DNA from: an uncultured Actinomycetota bacterium
GTDB taxonomy: Bacteria; Actinomycetota; Actinomycetes; Actinomycetales; CAWJMD01
Length of the DNA: 64,000 nucleotides
Direction: 5' to 3'
Assembly (NCBI GenBank): GCA_963750285.1
Contig: CAVVQA010000010.1
Location: forward strand, 113,058 to 177,057
Shown here in pieces: positions 13,695 to 25,026 of this stretch. The notes under the pieces are model-generated. The model had not been told where the DNA came from. It made no database searches and saw nothing but the letters and a program-made list of their open reading frames with translations. Position 1 is the stretch's first letter. Each line of letters opens with the position of its first letter. The translations under genes were made by a program, and so were the position numbers.

Positions 13695-14231
13695 CTAGAA
13701 GAAGGTGTACGCCCGGCGCGACACCGAGAAGCCGAGCCCGGTGCTCGCCTGCGCGCAGCGCATGCCCGCCTCGCTGGAGGAGCAGCTGAAGTCGCCGACC
13801 GTGACGTCGCGGCCGTACGCGAGCGTGCCGCCGCCGGTACCCACGAGCGACTCGGCCGCGCAGGTGACGCGCGGCCCGGCGGCGTCGACGACCACGCCCG
13901 CCCCGTAGACGAGGGTGCAGGCCGCCGGCGGGGCACCCGCGTCCCAGGTCTTCTCCGCGACGTCGCAGCGGGCGAACTGCTCGCTGATGATGCAGGCGAT
14001 GTTGCCGGACGGGGAGACGAACCGGGTGATCGGGACGGCCGGCGCCGGTGGGGCGGTGGTGCCCTCCGCCGGGGGCGGCGTCGTGCCGTCGACCGGGGTG
14101 GCGGCCGGGTCGGGGATCGACGGCAGCGTCGTCTCCGGCACCAGCTCGACCGCGGCCCGGTCGCCGACCTGGCCGAGGGTGTTGAACGCCCACACGGCAC
14201 CGGCCAGGCAGAGCAGCAGGCCGAAGCCCAT
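13695..14231 (-). CDS. Hypothetical membrane-anchored Thr/Pro-rich, Cys-containing protein
   Basis: MGFGLLLCLAGAVWAF is an N-terminal anchor, followed by a PAATPVDGTTPPPAEGTTAPPAP linker and six Cys. No recognisable family. Confidence 0.4.
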   Translation of the reverse strand: MGFGLLLCLAGAVWAFNTLGQVGDRAAVELVPETTLPSIPDPAATPVDGTTPPPAEGTTAPPAPAVPITRFVSPSGNIACIISEQFARCDVAEKTWDAGAPPAACTLVYGAGVVVDAAGPRVTCAAESLVGTGGGTLAYGRDVTVGDFSCSSSEAGMRCAQASTGLGFSVSRRAYTFF

Positions 14232-14319
14232 CGCGATCGCCGGTGTTGCGCCGGCGCGCGCGCACGCGCGCGGCGACCAGCGCGTCCTGCTGGCTCATCA
14301 CCTGCTCCTCAGCCCGGGC

Positions 14320-15903
14320 TCAGCCGTCTCGGCGTCCGTCCCGCAGGTCGGCCATCCACGCCTCGACGTCCCCCGACGACCGGGGCAGCATGCCAGAGAG
14401 GTTCTCGCAGCCGTCCTGCGTGACCAGCACGTCGTCCTCGATCCGCACGCCGATGCCCCGCAGGTGCTCGGGGACGGCCAGGTCGTCGGCGCGGAAGTAC
14501 AGGCCCGGCTCGATGGTGAAGACCATGCCCGGCTCGAGCTCGGCGTCGAGGTACATCTCGCGCCGCGCCTGGGCGCAGTCGTGGACGTCGATGCCGAGGT
14601 GGTGCGAGGTGCCGTGCACCATCCAGCGCCGGTGGTAGCCGCCCTCCTCGGGGTCGAGCGACTCCTCGGCGCTCACCGGCAGCAGCCCCCACTCGGCGAG
14701 CCGGGCGGCGATCACCTCCATCGCGGCGCCGTGCAGGTCGCGGAACCGCGTCCCCGGCCTGGCGACCGCGAACGCGGCGTCGGCGGCCTCGCAGACGGCG
14801 TCGTAGACCTGGCGCTGGGCGTCGGTGAAGGTGCCGTCGACGGGCAGGGTGCGGGTGACGTCGGCGGTGTAGAGCGAGTCGACCTCGACCCCGGCGTCGA
14901 CGAGGATCAGGTCGCCCTCGTGCACCTCGCCGTCGTTGCGGATCCAGTGCAGCGTGTTCGCGTGGTCGCCCGAGGCGGCGATGGTGTCGTAGCCGGGGCC
15001 GTTGCCCTCGCGCCGCGCGCTGAGGTTGAACACGGTCTCGACGACGCGCTCGCCGCGGTGGTGCGCCACGGCGTCCGGCAGCGCCCGGACGATGTCCTCG
15101 AACCCGGCCGCGCTCGCGGCCACCGCCGCGCGCATCTGCTCGATCTCCCAGGCGTCCTTGACCAGCCGCAGCTCCGACAGCGCCTCGGCCAGGGCCTCGT
15201 CGATCTCGGTGTACTCCTGGTCGGTCAGTCCTGCGGACGCCCGCGCCTCGGCGACCTCGGCCTCGACCAGCGCGTCGGCACCCGGCACGACCCGCACGCG
15301 GACGCCGTCGGCCCCGACGTCCTTGCGCAGCGCGTCGCCCAGCTCGTCGATGTGGGCGGTGGCCAGGCCGAGCTCGGCCTCCACCTCCTCGAGCGACGGC
15401 CGCACGCCGACCCACAGCTCGCCGTACCGCGCGTCGGCGTAGAACTCCTCGGTGTCGCGCTCGGCCCGCGGCCGGAAGTACAGGACGGCGTCGTGGCCGT
15501 CGGGGGAGCCGTCCTCGGCGGTGCGCGGGTGCAGCACCAGCACGGCGTCGGGCTCGCGGTCGGTGCCGAGGCCGGTGAGGTGGGCGAACGCCGAGTGCGG
15601 CCGGAACCGGAAGTCGCTGTCGTTCGAGCGCACCTTCAGCCCGCCGGCCGGCAGCACCAGCCGGTCGCCGGGGAACCTCTCGCTCACGGCCTCGCGCCGG
15701 GCCGCCGCGAACGGCGCGACCTCCGCCTGCTCGGGCAGGGTGTCGGGACGCGCGCCCCAGCGGTCGGCGATGAACGCCTTGAACGCCTCGGACGTGGGTC
15801 GCTGGCTGCGGTTGCTCACCCGCTCCTCGAGCGGCTGCTCGTCGGCCGCCAGGTCGGCGGGGGCGGTCTCGGGCGTGTCGACGTGCTCGGACATGCCGGG
15901 CAT
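14320..15903 (-). CDS. pepP: Xaa-Pro aminopeptidase (M24B)
   Basis: M24 motifs HGTSHHLGIDVHD and GMVFTIEPGLY, plus an N-terminal AMP_N-like domain. The start is MPGMSEHV. Confidence 0.8.
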   Translation of the reverse strand: MPGMSEHVDTPETAPADLAADEQPLEERVSNRSQRPTSEAFKAFIADRWGARPDTLPEQAEVAPFAAARREAVSERFPGDRLVLPAGGLKVRSNDSDFRFRPHSAFAHLTGLGTDREPDAVLVLHPRTAEDGSPDGHDAVLYFRPRAERDTEEFYADARYGELWVGVRPSLEEVEAELGLATAHIDELGDALRKDVGADGVRVRVVPGADALVEAEVAEARASAGLTDQEYTEIDEALAEALSELRLVKDAWEIEQMRAAVAASAAGFEDIVRALPDAVAHHRGERVVETVFNLSARREGNGPGYDTIAASGDHANTLHWIRNDGEVHEGDLILVDAGVEVDSLYTADVTRTLPVDGTFTDAQRQVYDAVCEAADAAFAVARPGTRFRDLHGAAMEVIAARLAEWGLLPVSAEESLDPEEGGYHRRWMVHGTSHHLGIDVHDCAQARREMYLDAELEPGMVFTIEPGLYFRADDLAVPEHLRGIGVRIEDDVLVTQDGCENLSGMLPRSSGDVEAWMADLRDGRRDG

Positions 15904-15985
15904 CCTCGCACGGCGCGGCGCACGTGACCGAGCCCACTCGTCCCGGCCGTACCCCGGGCCGCCCGCCGCGGGCAGGATGTGGCGC

Positions 15986-16489
15986 ATGCAGTTCGGACGC
16001 ACCTTCGAGGAGTTCGAGGTCGGCGCGGTCTACAAGCACTGGCCCGGCAAGACCGTCACCGAGTACGACGACCACCTGTTCTGCCTGCTGACGATGAACC
16101 ACCACCCGCTGCACCTGGACGCGAACTACGCGGGCACCACGGTGCAGGGGAAGAACGTGGTCGTGGGCAACTACGTGTACTCGCTGCTGCTCGGCATGAG
16201 CGTCCCCGACGTCTCCGGCAAGGCGATCGCCAACCTCGAGGTGAAGAGCCTCAAGCACGTGGCCCCGACGTTCCACGGCGACACCCTCTACGGCGAGACC
16301 ACCGTGCTCGACAAGCGCGCGTCGACCTCGAAGGACGACCGCGGCGTCGTGACGGTCGAGACCCGCGGCTACAACCAGGACGGCACGCTCGTCTGCGTCT
16401 TCACCCGCGCCGTGATGGTCCCCAAGCAGAGCTACCTGGACGCCCGCGGCGGCGACCAGCCCGGCCGGCCGGAGCCTGCCGGGGCCTGA
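15986..16489 (+). CDS. MaoC-like (R)-specific enoyl-CoA hydratase / dehydratase
   Basis: MQFGRTFEEFEVGAVYKHWPGKTVTEYDDHLFCLLTMNHHPLHLD is the hot-dog fold MaoC signature. Confidence 0.8.
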   Translation: MQFGRTFEEFEVGAVYKHWPGKTVTEYDDHLFCLLTMNHHPLHLDANYAGTTVQGKNVVVGNYVYSLLLGMSVPDVSGKAIANLEVKSLKHVAPTFHGDTLYGETTVLDKRASTSKDDRGVVTVETRGYNQDGTLVCVFTRAVMVPKQSYLDARGGDQPGRPEPAGA

Positions 16490-16493
16490 ACCC

Positions 16494-17304
16494 TCACCGC
16501 GGCAGGTCGACCCACTCGCCGTCGATCCGGACCCGGACGCCGACCTCGACGTCGAACGCGGTCGTATCGACGTAGGCGTCGGCCAGCTCCGGCGCCGTCG
16601 CACTCAGGACGAACAGGTCCCTGGTCGGGCCCCACGCCTCCGGAGCCTCCGGGATCGCGGAGCCATCGACCCGGACGAGCCGGATCGGACCGATGTCCGG
16701 GGCGTCCGGCAGCGTCGCCTTGACCTCGCTCGCGCCGGGAGGCAGCACGCCGTACACGATCACCTGCCCGGTGTACGTCCCGTCGGGCCGGACGACGGCG
16801 GCCACCGTCCACCCCGGCGTGGCGTCGTCGGCGGTGACGACCACCGAGGAGCCCGCCAGGCCGGTCGCGGACAGGTCGGGCCGGGGCGACTGCTCGGCCA
16901 CGAGCTCGACCACGCTGTTCCCGTCGGGGGAGTAGACCTCGGGGACGAGGACCACGGGCACGCCGTCGACCTGGAGGCCGGTGGCCACCTGGAGCCGGCC
17001 GTCGACGACCTCGGTCTGCGCGTCCGGCGGCTCGGGCGCCTCGGTCGGTCCGGTCTGCTCTGTCACCGGCACGGTCGTGGCGCGGGACGGAGCGCTCCGC
17101 CTGCGGCTCCGGGCCGAGGACCACGGCGGCTGCGACCACGGACGCAGCCACCGCGGCGACGCCGGCGAGCGCGCCGAGGGTGCGGCGGCGGCGCCGCGCG
17201 CGGCGACCCAACAGCACGACCTCGGCAGCGAGAGTCGCTCGGTACGAGGGGATCTCGGCGGTCGACAGCGCCTCGTGCAGGCGCTCGTGCAGGTCGGTGC
17301 TCAT
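16494..17304 (-). CDS. Anti-sigma factor (single TM, extracytoplasmic domain), frameshifted near 17080
   Basis: MSTDLHERLHEALS... overlaps the sigma-factor stop (ATGA). It has a TM segment LGALAGVAAVAASVVAAAVVLG, then continues in the 16494-17072 frame. Confidence 0.5.
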
Positions 17305-17813
17305 CGCGGGCTCCCGTTCGTGGAAGAGGCGGTGTCGGTGAGGGCGGCGCGCATCCGCCGCAGGGCGCGGTGGGCGGTGGACTTCACGGTGCCGGGGGCG
17401 ATGCCGAGCTCGTCGGCGATCTCGCGCTCGGACAGCTCGGCGAGGTAGCGCAGCACGACGACGGCCCGCTCGCGCTCGGTCAGCACGGCGAGCGCCGGGA
17501 GCACGGTGCGGCGGTCGACCAGCGCCTCGAGCGCGCGCTCGTCCGGCGGGCCGGTCGGCTCGGGAGGCTCGTCGACGAGGTCCTCGCGCCGCGTCCGGCG
17601 CCAGGTGTCGGTGTGGGCATTCACCAGGACCCGCCGGGCGTACGCCGTGGCGTCCTCGACCCGCACCCGCGACCAGGCCAGGTAGGTGCGCACCAGCGCC
17701 TGCTGCACGAGGTCCTCGCCGCGGGCGGTGTCGCCGGTCAGCAGGTACGCGGTGCGCCACAGCGCCGGCGTCGCGGCGGCCGCGAACGCGGTGAACTGCT
17801 CGTCCGGGCTCAT
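17301..17813 (-). CDS. ECF (sigma-70 family, group 4) RNA polymerase sigma factor
   Basis: 170 aa with region 2 (LVQQALVRTYLAW) and region 4 (LSEREIADELGIAPGTVKSTAHRA). Confidence 0.88.
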   Translation of the reverse strand: MSPDEQFTAFAAAATPALWRTAYLLTGDTARGEDLVQQALVRTYLAWSRVRVEDATAYARRVLVNAHTDTWRRTRREDLVDEPPEPTGPPDERALEALVDRRTVLPALAVLTERERAVVVLRYLAELSEREIADELGIAPGTVKSTAHRALRRMRAALTDTASSTNGSPR

Positions 17814-17814
17814 G

Positions 17815-17850
17815 ACTGGAGTACGCAGGTCGGCGCCCCGGAGGTTCTGT
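17815..17850 (-). promoter_or_regulatory. Candidate autoregulated ECF-type promoter (GAAC-N16-CGTA)
   Basis: On the minus strand, just upstream of the sigma start: agaacc-tccggggcgccgacct-gcgtac. Confidence 0.4.
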
Positions 17851-18192
17851 CAGGCGCGCAGCACCTTGGCCATCGGACGGCCCTTGGCGAGCTCGTCGAC
17901 GAGCTTGTCGAGGTAGCGGATCCGGCGCATCAGCGGGTCCTCGACCTCCTGCACCTTGACGCCGCAGACGCTGCCCGTGATCGAGCGAGGCGCGCGGGTT
18001 GAGCTCGGCCGCGGCGAAGAAGTCCTCGAAGGTGGTGCCGGCGTCGAGGTGGGAGCGCAGCGTGGCGTCGTCGAAGCCGGTGAGCCAGCGGATCACCTCG
18101 TCGACCTCGTCGGCCGTGCGGCCCTTGCGCTCGACCTTGGTGACGTACAGCCGGTACACGTCGGCGACGCTGGTGGTGAAGATGCGGTGCAC
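17850..18192 (-). CDS. DUF2200 domain protein, single-base frameshift near 17968
   Basis: [40 protein letters not shown]...[13 protein letters not shown], then in the +1 frame [43 protein letters not shown]. Confidence 0.55.
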
Positions 18193-18314
18193 GCGGCGAG
18201 GCTACCTGCGCCGGTCGGGTGACGGCGTCCACCGGACCGTGACCCGTCCGGGCGAGCGGGGGAGCGGGGGCCGAACGGGTCAAGCACGAGCGCGATCGGC
18301 CCGACGCTGTCGAG

Positions 18315-19380
18315 GTGCGTGCACCGGGGTGGGGCCGTCTGACGGCAGGCTGCGTGCTGGGCGCCGCCGTGCTCGGCGCCGTCGGCGTGCCCGCGCCCGG
18401 GCCGACCGGCGCGGCTTCCGCTACCCGGGCCGCGGCCGAGGTCCCCACGATCCGCGCCCTCACGCGCGGCCGACGTGGTGCTGCGCGTGCGGGCCGAGGC
18501 CGACGACGCGAGCCGCTCGTCACGGGTCGCGGCACCGGGGTCGGTCGAGGGCCTCACGACCGACCCGACCGCCGCCTCGGTCCTGCCGCCCGGGCTCACG
18601 GGTCCGCCCGGCAGCACCGGCCCGCTCGGCGTGCCCGACCGGGTGCTCACCGCGTACCACTCGGCCGAGGTGCTGCTGGCCCGCACCCGTCCCGGCTGCG
18701 CGATGCCGTGGTGGCTGCTCGCGGGCATCGGCAAGGTCGAGTCCGGCCACGCCAGCGGCGGCCGGGTGGACCGTCACGGCCGGACCCGGGGCGAGGTGCT
18801 CGGACCGCTGCTCGACGGCAGCCTCGCCGGGACGATGGTGGTCGAGGACACCGACCGCGGCGTGATGGACGGCGACACCGCCTTCGACCGCGCCGTCGGG
18901 CCGATGCAGTTCCTGCCGGGCACCTGGCGGACCGTGGGCACCGACGCCGACCGCAACGGCACGGCCGACCCGCACGACGTGGACGACGCGGCCGCGACCG
19001 CCGGCGTCTACCTCTGCCGCGGCGGCGGGAGCATGACCGACCCGGACCAGATGCGCGCAGCGGTGCTCCGCTACAACGGCTCCGACGAGTACGCCGACGC
19101 GGTGATCGCCTGGGGCACGTCGTACCGCGACCGCGCCGTGGCCGTCCCCGGCCAGGACGGCACCATCGGGCCGCTGCCCGTGGTGCCGGTGGTGCCCGCA
19201 CCGGGAACCCCCGCCGTGCCGGTCGCCCCGACGTCGCCGTCCGACCCCGCACCCGACGGCGCCGCCGACCACCACCCCGCCCACGCACCCCACGACGCCG
19301 CCGACCACCGAGCCGCCGGTCGACCCGGAGCCCACCGAGCCGCCCGGCGCCGCGCCCGAGCCGCCCGAGCCCACGCCCTG
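18315..19380 (+). CDS. Secreted lytic-transglycosylase-domain protein with Pro/Thr-rich C-terminal tail, about two frameshifts
   Basis: Signal peptide at 18315. The SLT-like core is PWWLLAGIGKVESGHA...GPMQFLPGTW...DPHDVDDAAATAGVYLC. The tail PTPTTPPTHPTTPPTTEPP...PEPTP* is in another frame and ends ~19380. Confidence 0.55.
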
Positions 19381-19402
19381 AGCGCACCCCTACCCTGAGC
19401 GG

Positions 19403-20246
19403 CGTGCTCATCGACCTCCACACCCACTCCACGGTGTCGGACGGCACGCAGCCGCCGGCCGTGGTGGTGGCGGAGGCGGCGGCGGCCGGCGTCGACGTCG
19501 TGGCGCTGACCGACCACGACAGCACCGCGGGCTGGGACGACGCGGCGGCCGCGGCGGCCGAGCACGGCGTGGCGCTCGTGCGCGGCGTCGAGATCTCCTG
19601 CGCCCGCTGGGGCACGAGCGTGCACCTGCTCGGCTACCTGTTCGACCCCGCCTCGCCCGGTCTGCTCGCCGAGATGGAGCGCTCGCGCGGCTCCCGCGAG
19701 AGCCGCGCGCGGAAGATGACCGAGCGGCTCGGACGCGACTACCCGATCACCTGGGACGACGTCCTGGAGCAGGTCGAGGACGGCGCCACGATCGGGCGGC
19801 CGCACCTGGCCGACGCGCTCGTCGCCGGTGGCTCGTTCCCCGACCGCGACGCCGCCTTCGCGACCGCGCTGCACCGGTCGTCGGGCTACCACGTGGCGCA
19901 CTACGCGCCGGACCCCGCCGACGCCGTGCGGCTCGTGCTGGAGGCCGGTGGCGTCCCGGTGCTCGCCCACCCGTTCGCGCACACCCGCGGGCGGGTGCTG
20001 GACGACGAGACGGTCGAGGAGCTGGTCGAGGTGGGTCTGATGGGGCTCGAGGTCGACCACCGCGACCACGACGACGACGCCCGCCGGCGGCTGCGCGAGA
20101 TCGCCGCCGCGCACGACCTGCTGGTCACCGGCTCGAGCGACTACCACGGCGCGGGCAAGCAGAACCGGCTGGGGGAGAACGCGACCCGTCCCGACCAGCT
20201 CGAACGGATCGAGGCGGCCGGACGGCTGGAGGTGCTGCTCCCGTGA
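19403..20246 (+). CDS. PHP-domain metal-dependent phosphoesterase (TrpH/YciV-like)
   Basis: LIDLHTHSTVSDG...ALTDHD...HP motif series. Confidence 0.8.
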
Positions 20247-20864
20247 GCGTCGACGCGGTGGTGAACCTCCAGCTGCTCGGGGCCACGTTCGTCACGCTGT
20301 TCGTGATCATGGACCCGCCCGGCACCGTGCCGATCTTCCTCGGCGCTGACCTCGAAGATGGACGGCCCGGCGCGCTCGCGGGCCGCGCGCCAGGCCGTGC
20401 TGGTGGCCCTCCTGGTGATCGTGCTGTTCGCGATCTTCGGCCAGGGGATCCTGTCGTACCTGCACATCTCGCTGCCCGCGCTGCAGGCAGCGGGTGGCCT
20501 GCTCCTGCTGCTCGTGGCGCTCGAGCTGCTCACCGGCAAGGCCGACGACCCCTCGGCGACGGCGGACGTGAACGTCGCGCTGGTGCCGCTCGGCACACCG
20601 CTGCTGGCCGGGCCGGGCGCGATCGTCGCGACGATGGTGTTCGTCCAGCAGGCCGAGGGCGCGCCCGACGTGGTCGCGATCGCGGTCGGCATCGTGCTGG
20701 TGCACGTGGCGCTCTACCTGGCGATGCGGTTCGCCGGGCAGATCCACCGGTTGCTCGGCGAGAGCGGGGTGCTCCTCGTCACCCGGATCGCCGGCCTGCT
20801 GCTCTCGGCGATCGCGGTGCAGCTGGTGGCCGACGCGGTGAAGGCCTTCATCGAGCAGGCGTGA
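20243..20864 (+). CDS. MarC-family (UPF0056) integral membrane protein, frameshift near 20345
   Basis: MSVDAVVNLQLLGATFVTLFVIMDPPGTVPIFLG, then in the +1 frame LTSKMDGPARSRAARQAVLVALLVIVLFAI... Confidence 0.55.
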
Positions 20865-20880
20865 GCGGAGGCGGTCAGCC

Positions 20881-21345
20881 GTGCCGCGCGCCGAGCTCGA
20901 ACCACACCCGCTTGCCGCCGGCGTCGGCCGCCCGCCACCCCCAGGTGTCGGCGAGCACGTCGACCAGCTGCAGGCCGCGGCCGCCCTCGTCGTCGTCGGC
21001 CGCGTGCCGTACGGCCAGGTCGTCCGGGTCGGCGGACGGGACGGTGCTGTCGTGCACCTCGACCCGCAGGACGGCCAGGTGGAGCAGCCCCGCCGACAGC
21101 CGCACCGGCGCGGCGCCGTGCCGGATCGCGTTCGTCACGAGCTCGCTGGTGAGCAGCACCGCGACGTCGACGGCGTCGCCGGTCCACCCCCACCCGGTGA
21201 GGGCGCGCGCCAGCGCCCTGCGGGCGCGGCTGACCTCGCGGGGGCCCGACCCGAGCTCGGCGATCAGCTCCACGCCGGGGATTCTCGCACCCCGGGACGT
21301 CCGTCCGGGTGACCGGCTCGTCGGGCCGTCACCCGGACGGGGCAT
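20881..21345 (-). CDS. Anti-sigma regulatory factor (HATPase_c Ser/Thr kinase-like)
   Basis: ELVTNAIRHG...VLRVEVHDS...DDEGGRGLQLVDVLADTWGW is a GHKL ATPase fold of about 150 aa. Confidence 0.6.
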
Positions 21346-21354
21346 GATGACCGC

Positions 21355-22126
21355 GTGAGCGTCGTCCTGGCCGTCGCCAACCAGAAGGGCGGCGTCGCCA
21401 AGACCACCTCGGTCGCCTCGATCGGGGCGGCCCTGGCCGAGCGCGGCCACCGCGTGCTGCTCGTCGACCTCGACGCCCAGGCGTGCCTGACCTTCAGCCT
21501 CGGCATCGACCCCGACGTCGTCGAGGCCGGGATGCACGAGGTGCTCGTCGGCACCCTCGCCGCCGCCGACGTGCTCACCGAGGTCGGCGACGGCGTCGAC
21601 CTGCTGCCGGCCACCATCGACCTCGCCGGCACCGAGTCGCAGCTGCTGTCGCGTCCCGGCCGCGAGTACGTGCTGCGCACCGCGCTCGAGCCGGTGCGTC
21701 GACGCCTACGACGTCGTCCTGCTCGACTGCTCGCCCTCGCTCGGGGTGCTGACCCTGGCCGCGCTCACCGCCGCCGACGAGGTCCTGGTGCCGCTGCAGT
21801 GCGAGATGCTCAGCCACCGCGGCGTGGGCCAGCTGCTCGACACCGTCGCCGACGTGCAGCGCATCCTCAACCCGGCCCTGGTGGTCCGCGGGATCCTGCC
21901 GACGCTGTACGACGGCCGCACCTCGCACGCTCGTGCGGTGCTCGCTGACGTCGGCGAGCGGTACGGCGTGCCCGTGCTCGAGCCGCCGATCCCGAAGTCG
22001 GTGCGGTTCGCCGAGGCCCCGGCCGTGGGCCGCTCGATCCTGCAGACCGCGCGCACGTCGAAGGGCGCCCAGGCGTACCGGGACGTCGCGAGCGTCCTGA
22101 TCACGGCGTGGGGGCTCACCCGCTGA
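21355..22126 (+). CDS. ParA/Soj-family ATPase (orphan), one-base frameshift near 21700
   Basis: MSVVLAVANQKGGVAKTT is a deviant Walker A. The C-terminal half is in frame 21746-22126 (VLLDCSPSLGVLTLAALTAADEVLVPLQCE). Confidence 0.7.
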
Positions 22127-22181
22127 CCGCGGGACCCAGGGGCATTGCCACGGTTCGGCTCAGCAAGGTACCTTGTGACAC

Positions 22182-22529
22182 ATGGCACCGGCCGATCGCA
22201 CCGCGCTCCCGCAGCTGCGGCGGGGCGTCATCGAGTTCTGCGTGCTGGCCCTGATCGGCGACCAGGAGCGCTATGCCTACGACATCGTCGAGGAGCTCGG
22301 CGCGAAGGACGGCCTCGTGACGAGCGAGGGCACGATCTACCCGCTGCTGTCCAGGCTCCGGCGCGACGAGCTGGTGGCGACCAGCTGGCGCGAGTCGGAG
22401 CAGGGGCCGCCGCGGCGGTACTACCGGCTGACCACGGCGGGTGCGCAGGCGCTCGCCGGGTTCGCCGAGGACTGGGCGCGGTTCCGCGACTCGGTCGACC
22501 AGCTCGTCCACCCGAGAGGAACGTCATGA
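22182..22529 (+). CDS. PadR-family transcriptional regulator
   Basis: GVIEFCVLALIGDQERYAYDIVEEL...GTIYPLLSRLRRDELV. Confidence 0.85.
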   Translation: MAPADRTALPQLRRGVIEFCVLALIGDQERYAYDIVEELGAKDGLVTSEGTIYPLLSRLRRDELVATSWRESEQGPPRRYYRLTTAGAQALAGFAEDWARFRDSVDQLVHPRGTS

Positions 22530-23197
22530 TGACGACGACCGACCCGCGTGTCGCTGCCTACCTCGAGCGTCTCGAGGAGGCCGCCGCCGGACTGCGACCC
22601 GAGCACCGTGCCGAGCTGTTGGCCGAGATCCGCGACCACATCGCGACCCGCCTCGCCGACGCGGACCAGACGCCGGCGGGAGTCGACCCGGTCGTCGCAG
22701 CCCTGGCCCGCCTCGGCGAGCCCGAGGAGATCGTCGCTGCCGCGGCCGACGAGGCCGGCGCGCCGGGCTCCGCGGGCCAGGTCGCGAGGCCCGACCCACC
22801 GCGTGGGAACGGTGGACGTGACGCCGCGGCACTGGGCCTGGTGCTGATCGGTGGCTTCCTCCTCGGGATCGGCTGGGTCGTCGGGGTCGTGCTGCTCTGG
22901 ACCTCCCCGACGTGGACCCTGCGCGAGAAGCTGTGGGCGACGTTGGTCTGGCCGGGCGGTCTCGCCACACCGGTGCTGGTCGGCGGCGCGCTGACCGTCG
23001 TCGTCGCGCGGGTCGAGTCGTGCGTGAGCACCCAGACCGCCGCCGGACTGGCGGCCGAGCAGTGCACCGGTGCCGGCGGACCCGACTGGCTCGCGATCGG
23101 CCTGCTGGTCGCTGCCGTCATCGCGCCGATCGTCGTGGTGGCGGTGCTTGCGCGGCGCGCCTCCCGCCGGGCGGCACAGGGCTCACGGAGCGCCTGA
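22526..23197 (+). CDS. PadR-associated membrane protein (DUF1700/HAAS-like)
   Basis: The start overlaps the padR stop (ATGA). MMTTTDPRVAAYLERLEEAAAGLRPEHRAELLAEIRDHI is followed by three TM helices. Confidence 0.55.
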   Translation: MMTTTDPRVAAYLERLEEAAAGLRPEHRAELLAEIRDHIATRLADADQTPAGVDPVVAALARLGEPEEIVAAAADEAGAPGSAGQVARPDPPRGNGGRDAAALGLVLIGGFLLGIGWVVGVVLLWTSPTWTLREKLWATLVWPGGLATPVLVGGALTVVVARVESCVSTQTAAGLAAEQCTGAGGPDWLAIGLLVAAVIAPIVVVAVLARRASRRAAQGSRSA

Positions 23198-23217
23198 ACG
23201 ACACCGGCGCGACGACC

Positions 23218-23251
23218 GAAGGTCCGACCCCTCGCAGGGGGTCGGACCTTC
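23218..23251. terminator. Bidirectional intrinsic-terminator-like hairpin between convergent genes
   Basis: gaaggtccgacccc-tcgcag-ggggtcggaccttc is a perfect 14-bp stem. It lies between the + gene ending 23197 and the helicase ending ~23273. Confidence 0.5.
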
Positions 23252-23272
23252 CGTCGTGCGTGGAGCGTGCGG

Positions 23273-25026
23273 TCAGTCGGCCGCGGGGGCCGATCCGGCC
23301 GACGCGGCGGAGCCGCCGGAGCGACGACGACGGCGACGACGGCGCTGACGCCCTCGCCCGCCTCGCCGGCCGGGGCGGACGGGCCGGATCCGTTCGCCTC
23401 GCCGGTCGCGGCGGGAGCGCCGGCGCCGGCCTCGACGGGCTCGCCGCCGTGGGTGCGGCGCCGGTTGCGGGTGCGCGCGGGACGCTCGCCGTCCCGGGCG
23501 TTGTCGCGACCGCCGTCACGGCCGCCCTCGCGGCTGCCGTCCCGACCACCGCGGCCGCTGTCACGACCGCCGTCGCGGCCACCGCGACCGGAGTCGCGGC
23601 CGCCACGGGCGTCGCGGCCGCCGTCACGGCCCTTGCCGCCGGTCTCGCCGAGGTCCTCGAGCACCTCGGCGTCGAGCCCGGCGCGGGTGCGCTTGCTGCG
23701 GGGCAGGCGGCCGGTGGTGCCCTCGGGGATGTCGAGGTCGGCGTACAGGTGCGGCGACGTGGAGTACGTCTCGACCGGGTCGGCCTTGCCGAGGTCGTGC
23801 GCCTTGCTGATCAGGCCCCAGCGCGGCACGTCGTCCCAGTCGACGAACGTGACCGCCACGCCCTTCTTGCCGGCGCGGCCGGTGCGGCCGATCCGGTGGA
23901 CGTAGATCTTCTCGTCCTCGGGGCACTGGTAGTTCACGACGTGGGTGACGTCGTCGACGTCGATGCCGCGGGCGGCGACGTCGGTGGCGACGAGCACGTC
24001 GACCTTGCCGTTGCGGAACGCGCGCAGGGCCTGCTCGCGGGCGCCCTGGCCGAGGTCGCCGTGGATCGCGCCGGCCGCGAAGCCGCGGTCGATGAGGTCG
24101 TCGGACACCTTGGCGGCGGTGCGCTTGGTGCGGGTGAAGACGATGGACAGCCCGCGGCCCTCGGCCTGCAGGATGCGCGCGAGCACCTCGACCTTGTCCA
24201 TCGCGTGCGCGCGGTAGACGTGCTGGGTGATCGCCTTGACGATGGCGCCCGCGTCGTCCGGCTCGGAGGCGCGGATGTGGGTCGGCTGGGTCATGTAGCG
24301 CCGGGCCAGCGCGACGACGGCGCCCGGCATGGTGGCCGAGAACAGCATCGTGTGGCGACCGGCCGGGGTCATCGACAGCAGCCGCTCGACGTCCGGCAGG
24401 AAGCCGAGGTCGAGCATCTCGTCGGCCTCGTCGAGCACGACGGTGCGGGCGTGGCCGAGCTGGAGGTGGCCCTGCTGGGCGAGGTCGAGCAGCCGGCCGG
24501 GGGTGCCGACGACCACCTCGACGCCGCGCTTCAGCGCGTCGACCTGCGGCTCGTAGGCGCGGCCGCCGTAGACGGTGAGCACGCGGGCCGCGCGCTTGGA
24601 GGAGGCGCGGTCGAGGTCGCCGGCCACCTGGACGGCGAGCTCGCGGGTCGGGACGACGACCAGGGCCTGCGGCTTGCCGGGATCGGAGAGCTGGTCCCAG
24701 CCGTCCTCGCCCGGGCCGCGGACGGCCATCAGGGCGGGGATGCCGAAGCCGAGCGTCTTGCCGGTGCCCGTCTTGGCCTGGCCGATGATGTCGTGGGCCT
24801 GCAGGGCCACCGGCAGGGTCATGGCCTGGATCGGGAACGGGTGCACGATGCCGGCCTCGGCCAGCGCCTCGCAGATGCTCGCCTCGACGCCGAAGTCGGC
24901 GAAGGTCTTGTCGGGGGCGACGGGCTCGACGTCGGCGACGTCGATGGTCTCGATCGCGTCGGTCGCCGCGGCGATCTCCTCGGCGGTGGGCTCGAGGGAG
25001 GACAGGGTGGGGTCAGAGAGGGTCAC
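23273..25026 (-). CDS. rhlE: DEAD-box ATP-dependent RNA helicase with Arg/Gly-rich C-terminal tail (RhlE-like); frameshift in the tail
   Basis: Motifs Q (F..PIQ), I (AKTGTGKT), DEAD (VLDEADEM), SAT, and HRIGRTGRAG. The tail has GGRDGGRD repeats. The true stop is ~23273 in a shifted frame; the ORF-track frame runs on to 22558. Confidence 0.85.

Noticed and set aside
14309-16603. A 764-aa minus-strand ORF spanning pepP and maoC.
   Set aside because: Extremely Arg-rich, out of frame relative to the recognisable PepP protein. A GC-driven artefact.
22558-23272. C-terminal extension of the DEAD-box helicase ORF, which would make it 857 aa.
   Set aside because: The Arg-rich tail and an in-frame stop (…RRRRRRRRSGGSAASAGSAPAAD*) are found in a shifted frame ending ~23273. 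The extension beyond that is frame run-on across the convergent gene.
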